From NCBI GenBank assembly GCA_951406725.2, contig OX597832.1, forward strand, positions 15,376,001 through 15,440,000: a stretch of DNA of 64,000 bases, read 5' to 3'. The DNA comes from Octopus vulgaris. Its lineage: Eukaryota. The position numbers were made by a program, and so were the translations under genes. The notes beneath the pieces were generated by a model. It did not search any database. It saw nothing but the letters and a program-made list of their open reading frames with translations, and was not told the origin of the DNA. Shown here piece by piece: positions 12,761-27,663 of the stretch. How positions within the stretch are numbered: the stretch's first letter is position 1; the number at the start of each line of letters is the position of its first letter.

Positions 12761-14039
12761 TAAAGGAAATAACCAGATAAAGTAGAAGAGTACTAGTGTA
12801 CCGTTACCTAAACGTTAATGTTACCATTACTAAAGCAGCTAGAGATGCTTCGCTGTGTTTTCTTTTCGAGCATTTGTGAAAATCGAAAGGTACAACTACG
12901 GTACATTTTTACTTTTATTTTTGCACATTTACACATATATAATGCGAGAGTTTGCTTGCGTTTTGTATGTGTGTAGGTGTGTTCAGATGTTTGGTTGGTT
13001 GTGCATACGAGGTGCGTATGTGCCGTATGTGTGTCAGTGTATTTCGTGTTTATTTTTAATGTAGCAGAGACAGCCGTATTTTGCTTTCGGCTCAAAAACA
13101 AAGTGTGATACATCCATTTATACATGATGGTCTTTACAATCTACTTTGAAGTGTGTGACTTTTTAGGGGCTCCAGAAATGTGTATCATTTTCCATTAGAA
13201 TCCCTTGATCGGCATATACAACATATTTGTGCATATTACACTTGTAGATCTGCATTATTTCTGCAGAACTTAAGGAAATTTCGTGACGTCTCGAAATAAT
13301 TAATTAATCGTATCGTCACTTTTAAATGCTATGGCAACCATTCTATGCAATTTTCGTATCTTATATTTATGTGTATAAGGTCATTCATAATACAGTGTAT
13401 CGATTCTGGATACGTGTTACTTTTTTAGCTTGCATACAAGAACGATAGCTGTTATGGTGTAAATGATCGACGTTACCAATCTATCAGCAGAAGAAGAATT
13501 ACACATGTGTATATGTATATACATATAACCGAGAGTTCATCCATACACACTTACATACATATACCAATACACACGCATCTCCACCAAAATATATATTACC
13601 GTTTTCGAATATTCTTCTGACTTGTGTATTATTTGAAAGTTTCGTTCAAATGCGGTGTTATGATAATCAAATTTCGTAAGTTAAATATTTCGCTCTTGTC
13701 CACTGTACGACTTCATATATTTCTAGGAGACATTCTATATCGTTCGGCAAATATGTGCACTACCATATAATATTTATTCAGTGGGCGGAAATATTTCTTT
13801 TAGAAGATTACATACGATCGACGGATGACAGGATATAACACATAGGAAACTGTGCTTCAAAATTTAGGAAATGTTTTAAATTATCTATAGTTTTACATTT
13901 TCCCTTTCGTATAAATCTGTTCCAAAAGACTAAATTGAAGACAAATCATAGGTTTCAAATGTTAGTCACCCCGGTATGTAATGGGGATGAGAACATCGAA
14001 GATCAAGAAGGTATAGTATGTCCATCCACACTTGACGAT

Positions 14040-14545
14040 CAGCATTTGATTTCAATAAGGCTTTCTGGAACCTAACCAAAGTAATACATCGGACGTGTGT
14101 TGTAAGCAATGAACGTTGACTTGCGAAAAACTATATCTGCATGTTTTAATCGACGTGGTCCAATTCTTTACAGCGATAACACTTGAATGCACGTTTCAAC
14201 GACGATACTGCAGATGCTCACAGACTTCGGATAAGAGAGTTAACCACTTTCTCCATATCCTCTTGATATTTCACCAACGAATTACCGCTGTTTCAATCAT
14301 CTAGACACCTTTTAAGGCGATAAACCATCCTTTCCAAAACTGAGGTATAAATTGAACTCAAGGAGTTCTTGACATTAAACTTTTTATCCAAGGGGTATAA
14401 ATGATCTTGTTAATCGATGGGAGAAATCCATAGCTGTTCTGGGATCATATTTCGAATAATTAAATATTTGTATAAGTTCAGTTTTGCCAATGATATAGTC
14501 TTATTTTTGATATCTACTATTATTTCCCGAAAAAACGTAATAGAA
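14040..14545 (+). mobile_element. Decayed mariner transposase C-terminal half
   Basis: NRRGPILYSDN (vs NRxGPILLHDN), decayed YSPDL region, GINDLVNRWEKSIAVLGSYFE* ending near 14458. Confidence 0.75.
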
Positions 14546-16167
14546 TTTACGCTGAATTTATTTATGTGTTGTAAGTACAAATGCCTTAACTTTCCTGAAT
14601 TAATTTTACGGTAGGTTCCTAGTACTATTTTGCGATAGTATTCCAAAGATAATTGTCGATTGAGATAAATTAATATAGAGAAAACAGATTATGTATTTCT
14701 AGGGAACTGTCAGTTATTTGATTTAGACTATAATAACATTCAGGCTTAACGTGCTTCACGAATTCTTATAAAAGAAGCACTTAAATGGTTTAGTTTTCTA
14801 GATGTAATATCTGAACATAATCTACTCTGAATCTGAAAATGGTATTTAAGCTAATCACTTCTTTGGAGATAAAGTAGTCTTTATGTATTCTTTGTTGCTA
14901 ATAAACTCCAGGGTATTCAAATTCCTAAACTGTTCTAACAACCACATAAATGTTATACGTATTCAGGTATTTTTACCAATCAAAATCCTATTTATATCCT
15001 GTGTGTATTAATTATATGTATATCAAATATGGCTGGATCGTTGTCATCATCAATGCCCACGGTGACATTCACGCCTGAATGAAGATGTTATGTGTAGTTT
15101 ATCAGAGTATTAGAGATATGGGAAACCACTGTCCATCGAGGTATCACAGACATAAGAAGATATTTACATATTATGTAATTATATTTACCGAGATCCCACA
15201 AATATCTTGTCTACTCATGAATTCATTCCTGATGTGTGACAACTTACACATTATATTGATTCTTCAAACGCGAATATTTGCGATGTATTGACCTAGAATA
15301 ATTCTAATTGATAATGTTCAGCTTTAATTCTATCACTTCAAAATTACAATAAAATTACAAAGGTTTCAGAAAATTTAAAAAAAGCTATTACCAATATTAT
15401 AATGGAGAAGGCCGGATATTAACTAAGCATGTAACATTTACTAAAAACACTGAAAGAAAGCAATATTAAAATGCTGAGAGTCTGGAAATCTTTTATGATT
15501 TCATGTTCTAAGAAATTTCCTACAATTTCGATTTCTAAAGTTTATTGATTTTCTTTTAACGCCAAATCTCGCAAATGTATAAGTTCATTGCATTCACTGC
15601 GTCCAATTCTTGATAAATTTAAATATTCGTTGCAAACTATTTCCCGTCAAGCCAACCTTTGCTTTGACGTTCCACAAGTGACAGGGACACACTTTTGAAC
15701 AAACTGGAATATATCTTCTGACTCATCGTTAGTTGTATGTTGCATTTTCAAGAGTTCGAAAGAAGGCTAATGTAAACATATCAGCTGATAGAAATGGAAA
15801 CTGTATGATGACTGTTTCCATGGCACTTGTGACAACACGGAGATATTAACTTTAAAGCAAAAATTTATTTTTATCAATATTAAGTACATAGAATTTACAC
15901 TTAAATCATTCGTAAACTAAAATATATTAGAATATTTCAACACATGCCAAATGGAAGGGTATCATTATATTACATTATACGAAATTTGGGTATATTTAAA
16001 AAACTAAAGAAATGCGATTCCCAAGAGTTCTCACAGCACTACACTTTTGTGCGTGTATCCATCCATCCATCCAACCATCCATCCATCCATCCACCCAACT
16101 TTCTATCTATCTAAATATCTAGCTAGCTAGCTATGCTTATCTATGTACATTCTACCAATTATTAATG

Positions 16168-16202
<35 letters not shown>

Positions 16203-17225
16203 AGATTGACCCATTAAAAAAGAGAAATTGTAAATGATAAAATAATGAAAGTAATATCTACTTTGCAAGTGAGCATTATTATACAAAAAATAATTTTACA
16301 TAAAATACCATACGAATTATTAGAATTAGGATTCACATTTGGAAATATTATCGAGTGTCTTGCAGAAAACCGCTCGGAGCCGTCTTTCTGCTACCTACTC
16401 CATAAATAAATTGATAAATAAAATTCTGTGTATAATGGTGATACATCCAACATACAAGATACACCCATAAATATTAGCTGATACATAACAGACAAAAATG
16501 AAGGCCAATAACTAAATCGTATTTCATTGAAATGAAGGCCTAATTTTATATGTGTTTTCAGCGATAGGTTAACCAACGTTTCATATGTTAATGTTTAATA
16601 AATCGTATAATTACTAAACGAAAATTGATGTCATACCTACCACTGAACTGTAAGTGTTGATATGAATTTATAATTTTATAAAGTATAATTTTGTTTGCTT
16701 TCTTTTGTTAAATACACGAATAACACTCATGGTTTTGTGAAAATGATTAAACATTCTTAGCAATAATTATGTTAGTGTTTATGGTTTAATTCTGTCTTTA
16801 AAAAAAGATTTGTATTTGGCGTTAATTGTGTTGCTTTTCGTGAAGCATTGCTTTCCAGAAAGCATCCACATGTTTTTTTTTTCTTTTCAATGTATTAATT
16901 TCATGTAAGAATATCGAAAATGTCACCGTTGGTTTCACGCTTGGAATTCGTACACATAATATCTTAATCGCGTCAACGATTTTACCTGAACATTCTTGAT
17001 CCAATTTCAACAAATTGAAAATGGCACCTCCTAGTAGATACATTTATATCTTTCATATTGTGTTACAAACGTACTTTGAATACGCATAACTAAATTGTTT
17101 TCTGAAATTTCAAGGAAACCTTAAAGCAATATCTACTTAATATTCTCAACCCTGTTCACATGATATTCACAACAAAATCTGTAACAATCGTTATTGTTGC
17201 ATGTTTAATGCTTTACACGATTCGA

Positions 17226-17420
17226 AAGAGCCGAGTAAGAAGAATCGTTTGAGATTCGGAGAAATTGCATGGCTGCATTTATTCTGACTCTTTACGACGA
17301 CCAAGAACGAATTTGCCATTGATTCATTTGGGTTCGATGAAATACCAGTTGAACACTGTAATTGAGGTCAACGACGTATCCCCGCCCTTAAAATTACCTA
17401 CCTATTATCAACAACTGAAA
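17226..17420 (+). mobile_element. Decayed SINE (family A)
   Basis: Weak by-eye match to 63511-63725 (gaatcgtt, tttgcc.tt.attc.tt.ggg.tcgat, taccagtt). Confidence 0.45.
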
Positions 17421-19903
17421 CATATATTTTATGCATTTAGCATATATTTTCAAATGTAATATTACTCTCTTATCAAGTTTCCTTTAAGTACATTCTTTAA
17501 AATTAATTCGAATATTATTTCTGTCTTTGTATTTACACTTTCACATCTTTGGACTTTGTTCAGCTGAACTTTGTAGATATGACTAAATCAGTTTCCTAAA
17601 CAGATTTCTAAAAATTAATTCTATTAATTCTTATTTGTTCTATATGCGGTTGTATTAATTTTTGAATATCTCCTTCACTAAGACTTTTCAAAAATTCAAG
17701 GAGCAGGTTTTTATTGTCTAGAATTCAAAAAAAAGATACAATTGAAAGAGCTGTCTATTTGGAAAGTGCATTGCTCTACAGGCCACGGAGATTTATTTTT
17801 GGAAATGAATGGATATATAGCTATATAGATATAATAAATATACATCTCATATATTTGACGTAGCAATAACAACATTTTGTACTTTATTGTATTAGACTTA
17901 TATATGATTGTTGTTAGTATGCATATTTTTGTTACCAGAAATAGCGGTTGCAATGCTACAGTGAAACAGGAAATCATAAAAGATGCTAAATATACAGATA
18001 TGCACAGAACTCATTCTGCCGCTCCGGTGCACACTTACTTATCGGTTTAGTACTTTGGTCTACTATGGTTTGAAATTCCAATATTGATACATATCATGCT
18101 TAACAAACAAGATGCTCGATTTGGGCAGTAATTCTTCCCATCTATCTCTGTTACGCATTATGGTCTTGTCCTCTGGCTAGCTTTTATGTACTCTCTATTG
18201 ATTTGTTATATCAATCATTCGCCTCTATGTTTAGGTTCAACTGAAACTGAAGGCAATAAATACGACAATACCTTGCAGACAATTTTAAGTCACGCTCTGC
18301 TTGATTTTTATAAGAAAATCAATAAACAAAAACTGGCCAGCACATATTTTTTTGTGGTTTTCTTTACTGCGTTGCAAAAAAGGAAATGAAAGATTGTGCA
18401 ATTACGTACTACAATACGGTACTGAAGATTCTGTACGTGTTATCATACCAAAGAAAGCATTTTATATTCAATGCCAGTTGAACAAACATATTATTTACCG
18501 TCATTATTTTAGAGACACACGTTTTCACCACGTAGGATTGTGAAATACGATTTTAATTAGTAATAATTCTTGCTTAATTTACCGAAATTGAAACACATGG
18601 TTCATTACAAAAATTACAATACACCACGAATCTTTCAATATGATAAAAATGGCATCATAATCAGAAGGTAGTGTGATGGGAATGAGCAAAGTTACCCATC
18701 CATTCGTACATTGTTATATGTATGGCTTGTACACTGTTATTGGGTTACTTGTTCCATAATACATTCTTTTGTGATCACTCAAGTTTAAGCAGTAATAATC
18801 ATAGAGACCATTGCCTTATTGAACAACATTTTCTATATAGATATCAATTTTTCCGATGTTTAGACTTTCACAATCATAAGCCACCCACTAAATATAGATT
18901 CCAAACACATATCGCACAAAGTTTAAATGCTATTCTGAATTAAGTTACTAGCGAGCGCATTTTCATTGAATCTTTTTTATACCCGTAAAGATAGATTTAA
19001 TGAAAACATACTTTCCCTTTCATTCAGCAGCAAGTATTCACTATAGTGGTATTTAATTCACCAGACAATAATCTGAATACTGACACCAAGATTCTGTTCA
19101 GCTTCTGAAAATAATCCTGAAATATATAAATGATCATATTTTCCATGTCGCTTGAGCCATTGAAACTACATCAAATGAATTTATCTATATGAAATTAAGA
19201 TTGATAAATGCTGCACACCTGCACAGTGAAGAATGTCGTATTTATATGTTTCAGTAGCTTGCAGCAAATTAGAGTTATATCGTCCTGAAAGTTTATGATG
19301 CGCTAAATTACGTAGTGGAATATACACTGGTCATAATTAACAGAAAGTAATATAACTAGCAAGGTACGGATGGATTCGCTTTTAATAGCAATAACCAATC
19401 AGTACTAATCACAGTCTAGTCAACAACAAGAACAACAACATAGAAACAGTGAATGACATCTCAGCCGGTGCTACATACCTGCTTTATATAATTTCTCCAC
19501 TTCGCAAGTCAATTAAATATCGCTATTACATTATCAGGTACAAGCGGATTCAATTCACATTTGTAATATTGGTTATTAAAAATGCATGATTTAACGTATA
19601 CATTGCCTCCTTCAAATCAAACTAAGATTGGTAATTAATCAATTAGTTAATTAATAGCCTACTCATTGTCATATATGAAGAAATATATAGTGCATTGAAC
19701 CAAATTCAACTATATTACATTAAGAAATTGATAAATTCTTAAACTGTGTGATGATGTTTGATACTTTCAAGCCAAAGAGCTTGTGCTCAAATAACATATT
19801 TGCGATTTAACCCGTATATAAATGTGTGGACAATTTTCTTTTGAACATTCGTTAAAAATTCCCATTTAAATTTCCTACAGCAACACCAACACTATCACAA
19901 TAT

Positions 19904-19904
<1 letters not shown>

Positions 19905-19956
<52 letters not shown>

Positions 19957-20004
19957 GCTACTACTACCACTGCTACTGCTACTGCTACTGCTGCTGCTGC
20001 TGCT
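19905..20004. repeat. (CTA)n grading to (CTG)n microsatellite
   Basis: Direct read. Confidence 0.9.
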
Positions 20005-21399
20005 GGTGTTCAGTCATATATGAATAAGCAATAAGCTCTCATAAATCCTCTGACAGACACGTTGAAAATTGTTTGCAAAACTCCTTCAAAGGTTGTTACA
20101 TATTTCAGAGTAAAATGTAATGCCAATGTTTCTGATTTGATTGTTAGATATAAACGCGATGGGGTCCGAATATTTCTGTGGTCAGGCGTCATTTTATACG
20201 TCGAAGTTTATATTAATAAAGTTTATATAGAAGAATGTCAGTTCCTAATATAGATGATTTCGATGTGAACTAGACATTTCCGACTTAAAGGCTCGTCTAT
20301 GATAAAGCGTTGCATTCTAATCATATAAACGTTCGTTGTTTTGAAGATAAATGTCTATGTCATTTCTTTCTTAATATAGATGTTGTGAATTTTCTGTGGA
20401 ACAGTTTTCCTACCATATTTATTATATTGTTTACTGAGTTGTAAATGCATGTATCAGGTGTATGTTATTACACCGTTATTACACTGTATAACATTTTTTT
20501 TAGATTTTGTCTTTGGTCAGTAAAAGTTTTCTCCTCTTTTCTACTATCTAGAACCCATAAAAAATTACTATTCCTTTCAAACTTTGCGTTTGTGGCCTGG
20601 GCATTAATGTTTTGAAATTAATCTATTTTCCATTACATTTTAGTAAAAATCGGTGCTAGGTTGCTGAGGAAATAACGTTATAGCACATATTCTGCTTAAT
20701 ATTAAACATTTAGTTCTCCGTTGGTTGACCTTAAACACTTCAGCATATGTTGAGAGGCAGTAATAAAATATTATAAAAGCAAATTTTGAAGTATATATTA
20801 GGAATTTTTCATACTTTGCAGGCGCAATCATATGTAAAATAACAATTGTTATCCATGGATTAAAACTGTTAAACATTGTAATTTTTCCCAATGGTTTCGT
20901 CCGGAGGTAAATTCAGAGCCCTTATCCATTGCTGTCCTTCAGAGACTAGTGGGACTGATAAAGTATATAATATTTAAGGTGAAGGAAAGCAGAAATTTCC
21001 TGTGTTAGAAGGCCAGGATAGCAATACTTTTCAGAATGGTTGATGTGATTAATTAACGGCATGAGGCACAAAGGTTGCATACCAATAGAAACCAGTAAGA
21101 TGGTGTACCAGTGCTATAGTATTAGAAATCTTCCAACCACACATTTAGCATAGCACATTATTATAGCAAACGACAAGAGAGAGAGGTAGGAGGGAGTGAG
21201 AGCGAGAGAGAAAGAGAGAGAGAGGGGGGTAGGAGGGAGTGAGAGAGAGAGAGCAATACACGAAAAAAAACGGGTAATCTACTGCTTCCACCAAAGGTCT
21301 CTTGTTTAGTTGTGATTCATGATATCACTATTTGAAGTAGCACCACCGTCTCAAAAATGAGGTTTTTACTTCATTGTAGGCTTCCCTTTAGGTATATCG

Positions 21400-21910
21400 T
21401 CAGCATTTGATGGCTGAAATGTTTCCTCGCTCTAAAGAAATATTGATTTAGAATCGCTAAATATTTGCTCAATCCGTGACAGATCAACGATGATAGTACA
21501 TTCGAGATTAGGAAACGACTGAAAGGGCTTTATCGCTGGCATTTCTGCTCACAATGTATGTAGCCAGTAGTGATTTCTTGATAGGAAAAGCAGATTTTTC
21601 GCTCTTTTTAGCTGATACACATCAGCCTGGCCTCAGGAGATGGCTAGATTAATATCTCTGTCCCTGGAGCCAATATAGATTTGAGCGTGGCGTTGTGCTG
21701 TGTCACGGTGCCGTTTGTATATTGCATGGTTACATACTGGTGTGATAGAATGGAAGAAACACATCAATCGCATATTAGTTGCCATTTTTGTAAATGGTGA
21801 CTATTGATGATGACATCTGCTTATGAGCAGACACCGTATGCTTATTTGCTTACATAAATATTCTACGTCGATTTCTTCTGGCTGAACATCATCAGCAAAA
21901 TATTCTCCTT
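21400..21910 (-). mobile_element. Decayed PLE GIY-YIG region
   Basis: Minus-strand translation ..VIINSHH..AIYK...QIYIGSRDRDI..SLLATYI, the same motif order as 3411-3863; has stops and frameshifts. Confidence 0.5.
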
Positions 21911-22413
21911 GAAAGCAGAATAATTCTCAAACGGTAATATATAACTTATGACGCACATGAATAATAATGGCAGAATTATTATGAAACAGAAACCAATATA
22001 TTTGAATAAAAAAAGCAAACTAACAAATGAAACCTAAAAAACTGTAACGGAAGCAATCGCGTATATGATAATCATATCAGTAATCTACTCAATTGTATAT
22101 ATAGTGTGTAAGCATAGAGAAAAAATTTATCTCGTTATGAATACTAAACGATGCTATTCAAGTTATCTATATTTTCAGACAATTATCAATATTTCGTTAC
22201 GTTTAACTTTTTCTTTTTTGCTTCACACCCTAGCAGACTGTGATGTCTTTGTTATCTATATTTACAGGCTACGCCGTTATACTCATATAGGTCTGCCATT
22301 GTTAACGCTATCTACGTCAATTTAATAGAGATAGTTCTATTGTCGTTAGTTTACTTAAGGCATAGTGTCGTAGTCCCACGTGCAGCTTCATATATGTAGG
22401 TTATGTAGGTATA

Positions 22414-22479
<66 letters not shown>

Positions 22480-22514
22480 TGTGTGTGTGTGTATGCGTGT
22501 GTGTTTGTATTTAT

Positions 22515-22562
<48 letters not shown>

Positions 22563-22589
22563 GTATTTCTATATGTGTATATTTCTTTA

Positions 22590-22780
22590 TTTTTTTACTT
22601 GTTTCAGCGGTTTCACTATTGCCAAACTGGAGCACCACATTTCGTTTAACCAATCGGCCCCAGAATTATCCTTTGTAAGTATAGTATATGCTCTATCGGT
22701 CTCTTTCACCGAGCCGCTAAGATACTGGGGCTGAAACACGTCGACAATTATGGTTGGGGAAAAGCACAAACACATAAATA
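22590..22780 (-). mobile_element. SINE 3' portion sharing a core with family A
   Basis: Reverse complement gataga..tac..ctggggccgattgg resembles 63631-63669; next to (TA)n. Confidence 0.45.
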
Positions 22781-23329
22781 CATATATATTTATATATAAT
22801 TGTTAAAGAGGACAACATACATTAAAGCAAGGCAAGTATTTCAAGCCATATTCGATATTATTATTTGAACAAATTCCAATTGTTACAGCTGTTTCTGGGA
22901 AACAGAGAGAGATAGTGAAAAAATAAGGAAAATGAGAATGGTATAAAGTAATGCGATGACGATATAAAGGAAGGGATTAAAGGAATAAAGAGATGAAAGA
23001 AAGAAGAGAAACAAGGAGTGTAAAGTTCATAGTTCTACTTTCCGAGGATATAGAATCAAGTCCAGAAGTTCTGCGTAGATCTATGGGCGTCCACATGGAT
23101 GTAGGAGGGATTGCACTTGAAGACTTATATTTTTGTTTCTATAACTTCGTAAATTTGAACTATGAACAATGCTGCTTTTTTTATTCTTACTCTCCATCTC
23201 CTTATTCTTGTCTGTCATCTTCTATGTTGCCATCGCTTTAATATACAACAACCCCATTTTCCCTTTTTTTTTCCTATTTGTCTCTGATGTCGGAATATCC
23301 CGTACTCGGGGATATCCCAGAAACAACTG

Positions 23330-24302
23330 TAAAACTTTGAATTTTTTACAACGATAATATTGTATGCGATTTGAGTGTGGGCGCTGATAAGAGGAAAGCT
23401 TTCTGAAAACATTTACAAACATCTTATTGCGAGCAAGAAGAATTTACTTGCAGAAGAACCGAAAGGTTGCTGGAAGAAGGCTACACGAACGCATGATCTG
23501 TTATACATAGACAACGGAATTCTGAATGAAGTATAATGTAGAAAAAACAATAACAATTGGATGGTTAAGTTATAGGAAAGCCTGTGATATAAGTTCACTC
23601 TCATAGGTAAGTGAATGTTTTAGTATATTCAGTATAGAAGAAAATATAAGAGAACTAATTAGCTGTAGCATTAAGAAATAAAATTAGACCGCTTTTCAGG
23701 TGACACACTGTTAAGGAAAGTTAATATCAAATGAGGTTTTTGCCAGGGGGCTCGTTGTTCACTTCAATAATTTCTTATATTCGATCATCCCCAGTTTAAT
23801 ATTACTGAGAGCAAAGGCATGGTAAAAGTCCATGAATGAACTGGAGATTTCTTGCAAGAATGAAAGAGAGAGATAGATTCTTTAACACGGACTGTAACGT
23901 TTCTCAAGCCTGGAAATATAGGTATGTAGAATCTGGAGCCTAAAAACAAAAACAATTCCTATTATAGTAGACTCATGAGGTATGATGAAAAAAAATATTC
24001 AGACAAATGCATAGCAGAATCAACAGGACTTAAAAGTATATATAATGTAAAGACAATAAAGCTACAAGTCCTATGAGAAACACTTTCAATGCAGTAAAAA
24101 TAAGAGCATCACAACACACCACTGTACACGCCCAAGGCACACAGAGTTGCGCTCGGTAGTTCTCGTAAACCACGAGATAACTGTAAGATCACTGCATAAC
24201 AATGAGTGTATCACAAGAAACCACAACACATACCCAAGGCACATAAAACTGCGCAAGGTAGTGCAGTGGCAGCAAGTGATTAAAATAGGACTATTGAATA
24301 AT
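23330..24302 (+). mobile_element. Decayed, internally deleted R4/Dong-like element
   Basis: LLAEEPKGCWKK..HDLLYID..GWLSYRKACD..VNIK*GFCQG (RT N-half), then LEI..IWSLKTKTIPIIV..LSMQ*, then a 3' UTR matching 43928-44029, then an (AAT)/(GAT) tail. Confidence 0.8.
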
Positions 24303-24338
24303 GATAATAATAATAATAATGACAACAACAATAACAAC

Positions 24339-24377
<39 letters not shown>

Positions 24378-24420
24378 AACAATATTGATGATGATGATAA
24401 CAATATTGATGATGATGATA

Positions 24421-24452
<32 letters not shown>

Positions 24453-24457
24453 AACAA
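24298..24457. repeat. (AAT)/(AAC)/(GAT)n microsatellite
   Basis: Direct read. Confidence 0.9.
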
Positions 24458-25009
24458 TATTTGTAGAATTCTAATATTTTACGTTTAATATTTTACTGAA
24501 ACATATGGATATTTACTGCACTACCATAAATGATTAATTTGGACGCTGCTGAAGTGTTTAAGTTTTACATCCTTCGAAATATTATATGTGTCTGCAATTT
24601 CCTTAATTATATGTGCGTGAAAAATTCGTTTCTGTTATGTAATATAGTTTCTCGAATTATCAAAATATACGTGCTTTCAATTGTGAGAGCATTAATCATC
24701 CAGCTGTTGTATTGAAATATTTATGTGACTTTAAGTTCTGTTCTTCGTAAACGTATCTCGTTGTTGTAAGGCTAGAATTCAGTGAACTCTCAATTGTTTT
24801 TACGTCTTTAACTCTATTCTGTGAAACATTGAAAATACTGATCTCCGTTTAAATTGTTCACACTGAACCCATGCCAAAAATCTTGTACTTTGCCTCATTC
24901 AAGGGTACGTTTAGCAGTTTCTTAATAATTCTTAATCTTGTCCGTGAAGGGAGAAAAATTAGCATTCCATGCATCATATTACCAGGACATAAAAAAGTTA
25001 GCATTTCCT

Positions 25010-25180
25010 GGTTTATAGGAAGGTCGGCTGATAAGTGCACATGCTGGGGGAAGATACTTATTTTATCGATACCGAATGGATGAAAGGCAACGTCCACCTC
25101 AGCTGAATTTATAAGGAAAGGGAACGAAAAGACGCAAAGCATATTGCTCGGCCTGCTACCGATTCTGCCAACTTGCCGGC
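25010..25180 (-). mobile_element. SINE (family A), decayed
   Basis: Reverse complement gccggcaagttggcagaatcgg..gttgcctttcatccattcggtatcgataaaataagta. Confidence 0.7.
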
Positions 25181-27611
25181 ATATATTGCAGAAAATATTT
25201 GCGTGTTAGAGTCCACTTAAGCTTAAGTCTCGGTTTTATTCATTCCATGTAAATCAGATGTTCCTGCGATAGAGTACATATACTTGTAATTCTAAAGAAT
25301 AATGATATTTATATATGAATTACGTAATTATATAACTTAGAAATACTATTTCCAACTTAGGGGAGAAATGCCACATTGAGCATACGTGCACTGTATATAA
25401 GCTCATATCTGCGATTCAGAAACGAAATTTGGAATTGTCAATTTTAAACATATTTTCAATCAGTAAAATTGTTAATCGTCTATTTTGCAATTTCATCTCT
25501 TATATAGCATTTATTTCAGATATTCAAAAAATAAGCTTTAATTGGAAGGATTGAAAATTACAAAACATTTATCTGATCAAAATAACTGTGCATATTATAT
25601 TAAGAAAAATGTGAGGTAGGGAGCCTTTTCAAATTGTTAAATGATAATATATTGCCATTTAAATTCTGAAAGTGAGAAAAATCAAAATGGCTGTACATAA
25701 TTGTGTGTTTTTGGAATAAGAATAATTTATTCGAAAAAAATACATAACCAACCGATAAAATTCTTATATAATTAATTTTGTGCCATTATTTTAAAACGTA
25801 TATTGTCAACATTTATCCGAATAATCTCTAAAAGAATATATCAAAACATCTCAAATATATTTAAAATTTCAACGTAGTTTATACCGAAAAGAAACTAAAT
25901 ATTAACGCAATGCCTACAAATAGAGTTGCATGTTCCATTATCCATTATTCATTATCTTCAGGAAATTGTGTTGCTAGTGATATTAAAGTAATATGGAATA
26001 ATCATAAATTGTAAAAAAAAAAAAAAATGACATTATCAAGATCGCCTTTCACGTCCCAAGGTCGCGTACAGTGAAGTAAGCATTTAAAATGGATCCATCT
26101 TGAATAATCGGCAGATAGCGTCTTCCTTTTTTAAGTATAACAATTTAAATTAGAGGGATTAATCAGATGCAGTAGCCCAGCACTTTATATTTTGATGTGC
26201 AATCTCGCTAATATTTACAGTGAATGAATTCTGCGAAACATATCTGCTAAATAAGGATATCAAATTCGTTACGAAGCGATGCGTAAGATATCAGCTGACA
26301 GTTGATTTGCTAAAGTATTATTCTATTATAACAGTGTGTGTAGATTTAGTGTAAAATGCTATTTTATCTTGAAGAAAGTTATAGTAACGTTTTCAGAGGC
26401 GAAAGTTAAAAATTAAATAAACGTGTTTTCAAGCTTATATACGAATTAACTGATTTAGCGGAACATATAGACCAACCTCCATTTTTTCGAAATTATATGA
26501 CGTACCTCAAGTTGGTATTGCAAATATATATGAGAAACTAACAGTTAGTATGTAGAAACCAGATACAAGAAGAATTTACCAGATATCGATTCACCAGATA
26601 TCACAATAGCACTATCACCTTTTGCAGATGAATCGTCAGAAAAATTATGGCAGTCTATGGCTTTCAAAACAACACTTTCCAGTTGAGTTGGTTGTGCAAA
26701 ATAACGTTTGAAACGAAGGCTGCATCTGGCAATGTTAGGTAATTTAAATGTAGCCACATTCAGTATGGCTCAAACAGCTTGGATGAGCAGCTTCCACATA
26801 TACACTGGGCGTGCTCGGCGTGCTTTGTGTCCCTTGGCAGATCATCATTTGATCATAGCCGCCAAAGGCAAACTCGTTTTGATATTCCAAGATTTATTTT
26901 CTTCTTTGACTGGGCAGATAAGTGCATTCTTCTCTTCTAATTCCACAGTTAAGTGCATGTCTGTATGATTCTCAGATCAATACCCTGACATTAGTGATGT
27001 TGAGAGTAAAGTTCATTGGAAGTTAAACTGGATTTCAGTTGAATTACCCAACGCTTTGTGTTTTGTAGTTGGACGTCCGCCCGAGGAGGTGAATCTGACA
27101 TCTTAATCAAAACTCCATTGAGGAATTTTATTATCGTTGTAAGATGTTGATATTCGCAGTTCCGAACACCAGAGCGAATGGTTTCTCCGGTGACCGTCAA
27201 TATCCGGTCTTGCGTCCACACTTGACACCATCAACCCAGAGCTTCTGAAGAAATCAACGGTATTTTTCCTTGGCTATGGGATATGAGCAGGTCATTTTTC
27301 CGAGATGGCGGAGGGCGCCTTAAAAGTGCGTTAATGAAAAGATTTATCGTGTATGAGTCTGATCTCCAAAATCAGTTCATGAAATATTAAGGCAAAATAT
27401 GGGTACAACTTCGCGAAATTAGCGTGTGTAACATCAGCATCACAACACACTAGTTTGCATGTTCCACCTTTCTAGAAAGTCCATTCTCGATTTTTTTTTA
27501 AATCATGCAACCTATGATATACGCGTTATAACAGGTAGATCGAAATGCATTTGAACAGACCCTCCCCGGGCGACAAGCCCATGAACACCCTGTCCCTTGG
27601 CCTGAATTGCA

Positions 27612-27662
<51 letters not shown>

Positions 27663-27663
27663 T

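Noticed and set aside
26545-26640. AIVISGESISGK resembling the myosin P-loop (ISGESGAGK)
   Set aside because: Arises from a local gatatctggt duplication; lacks the conserved Gly and any other myosin motif or exon boundary.
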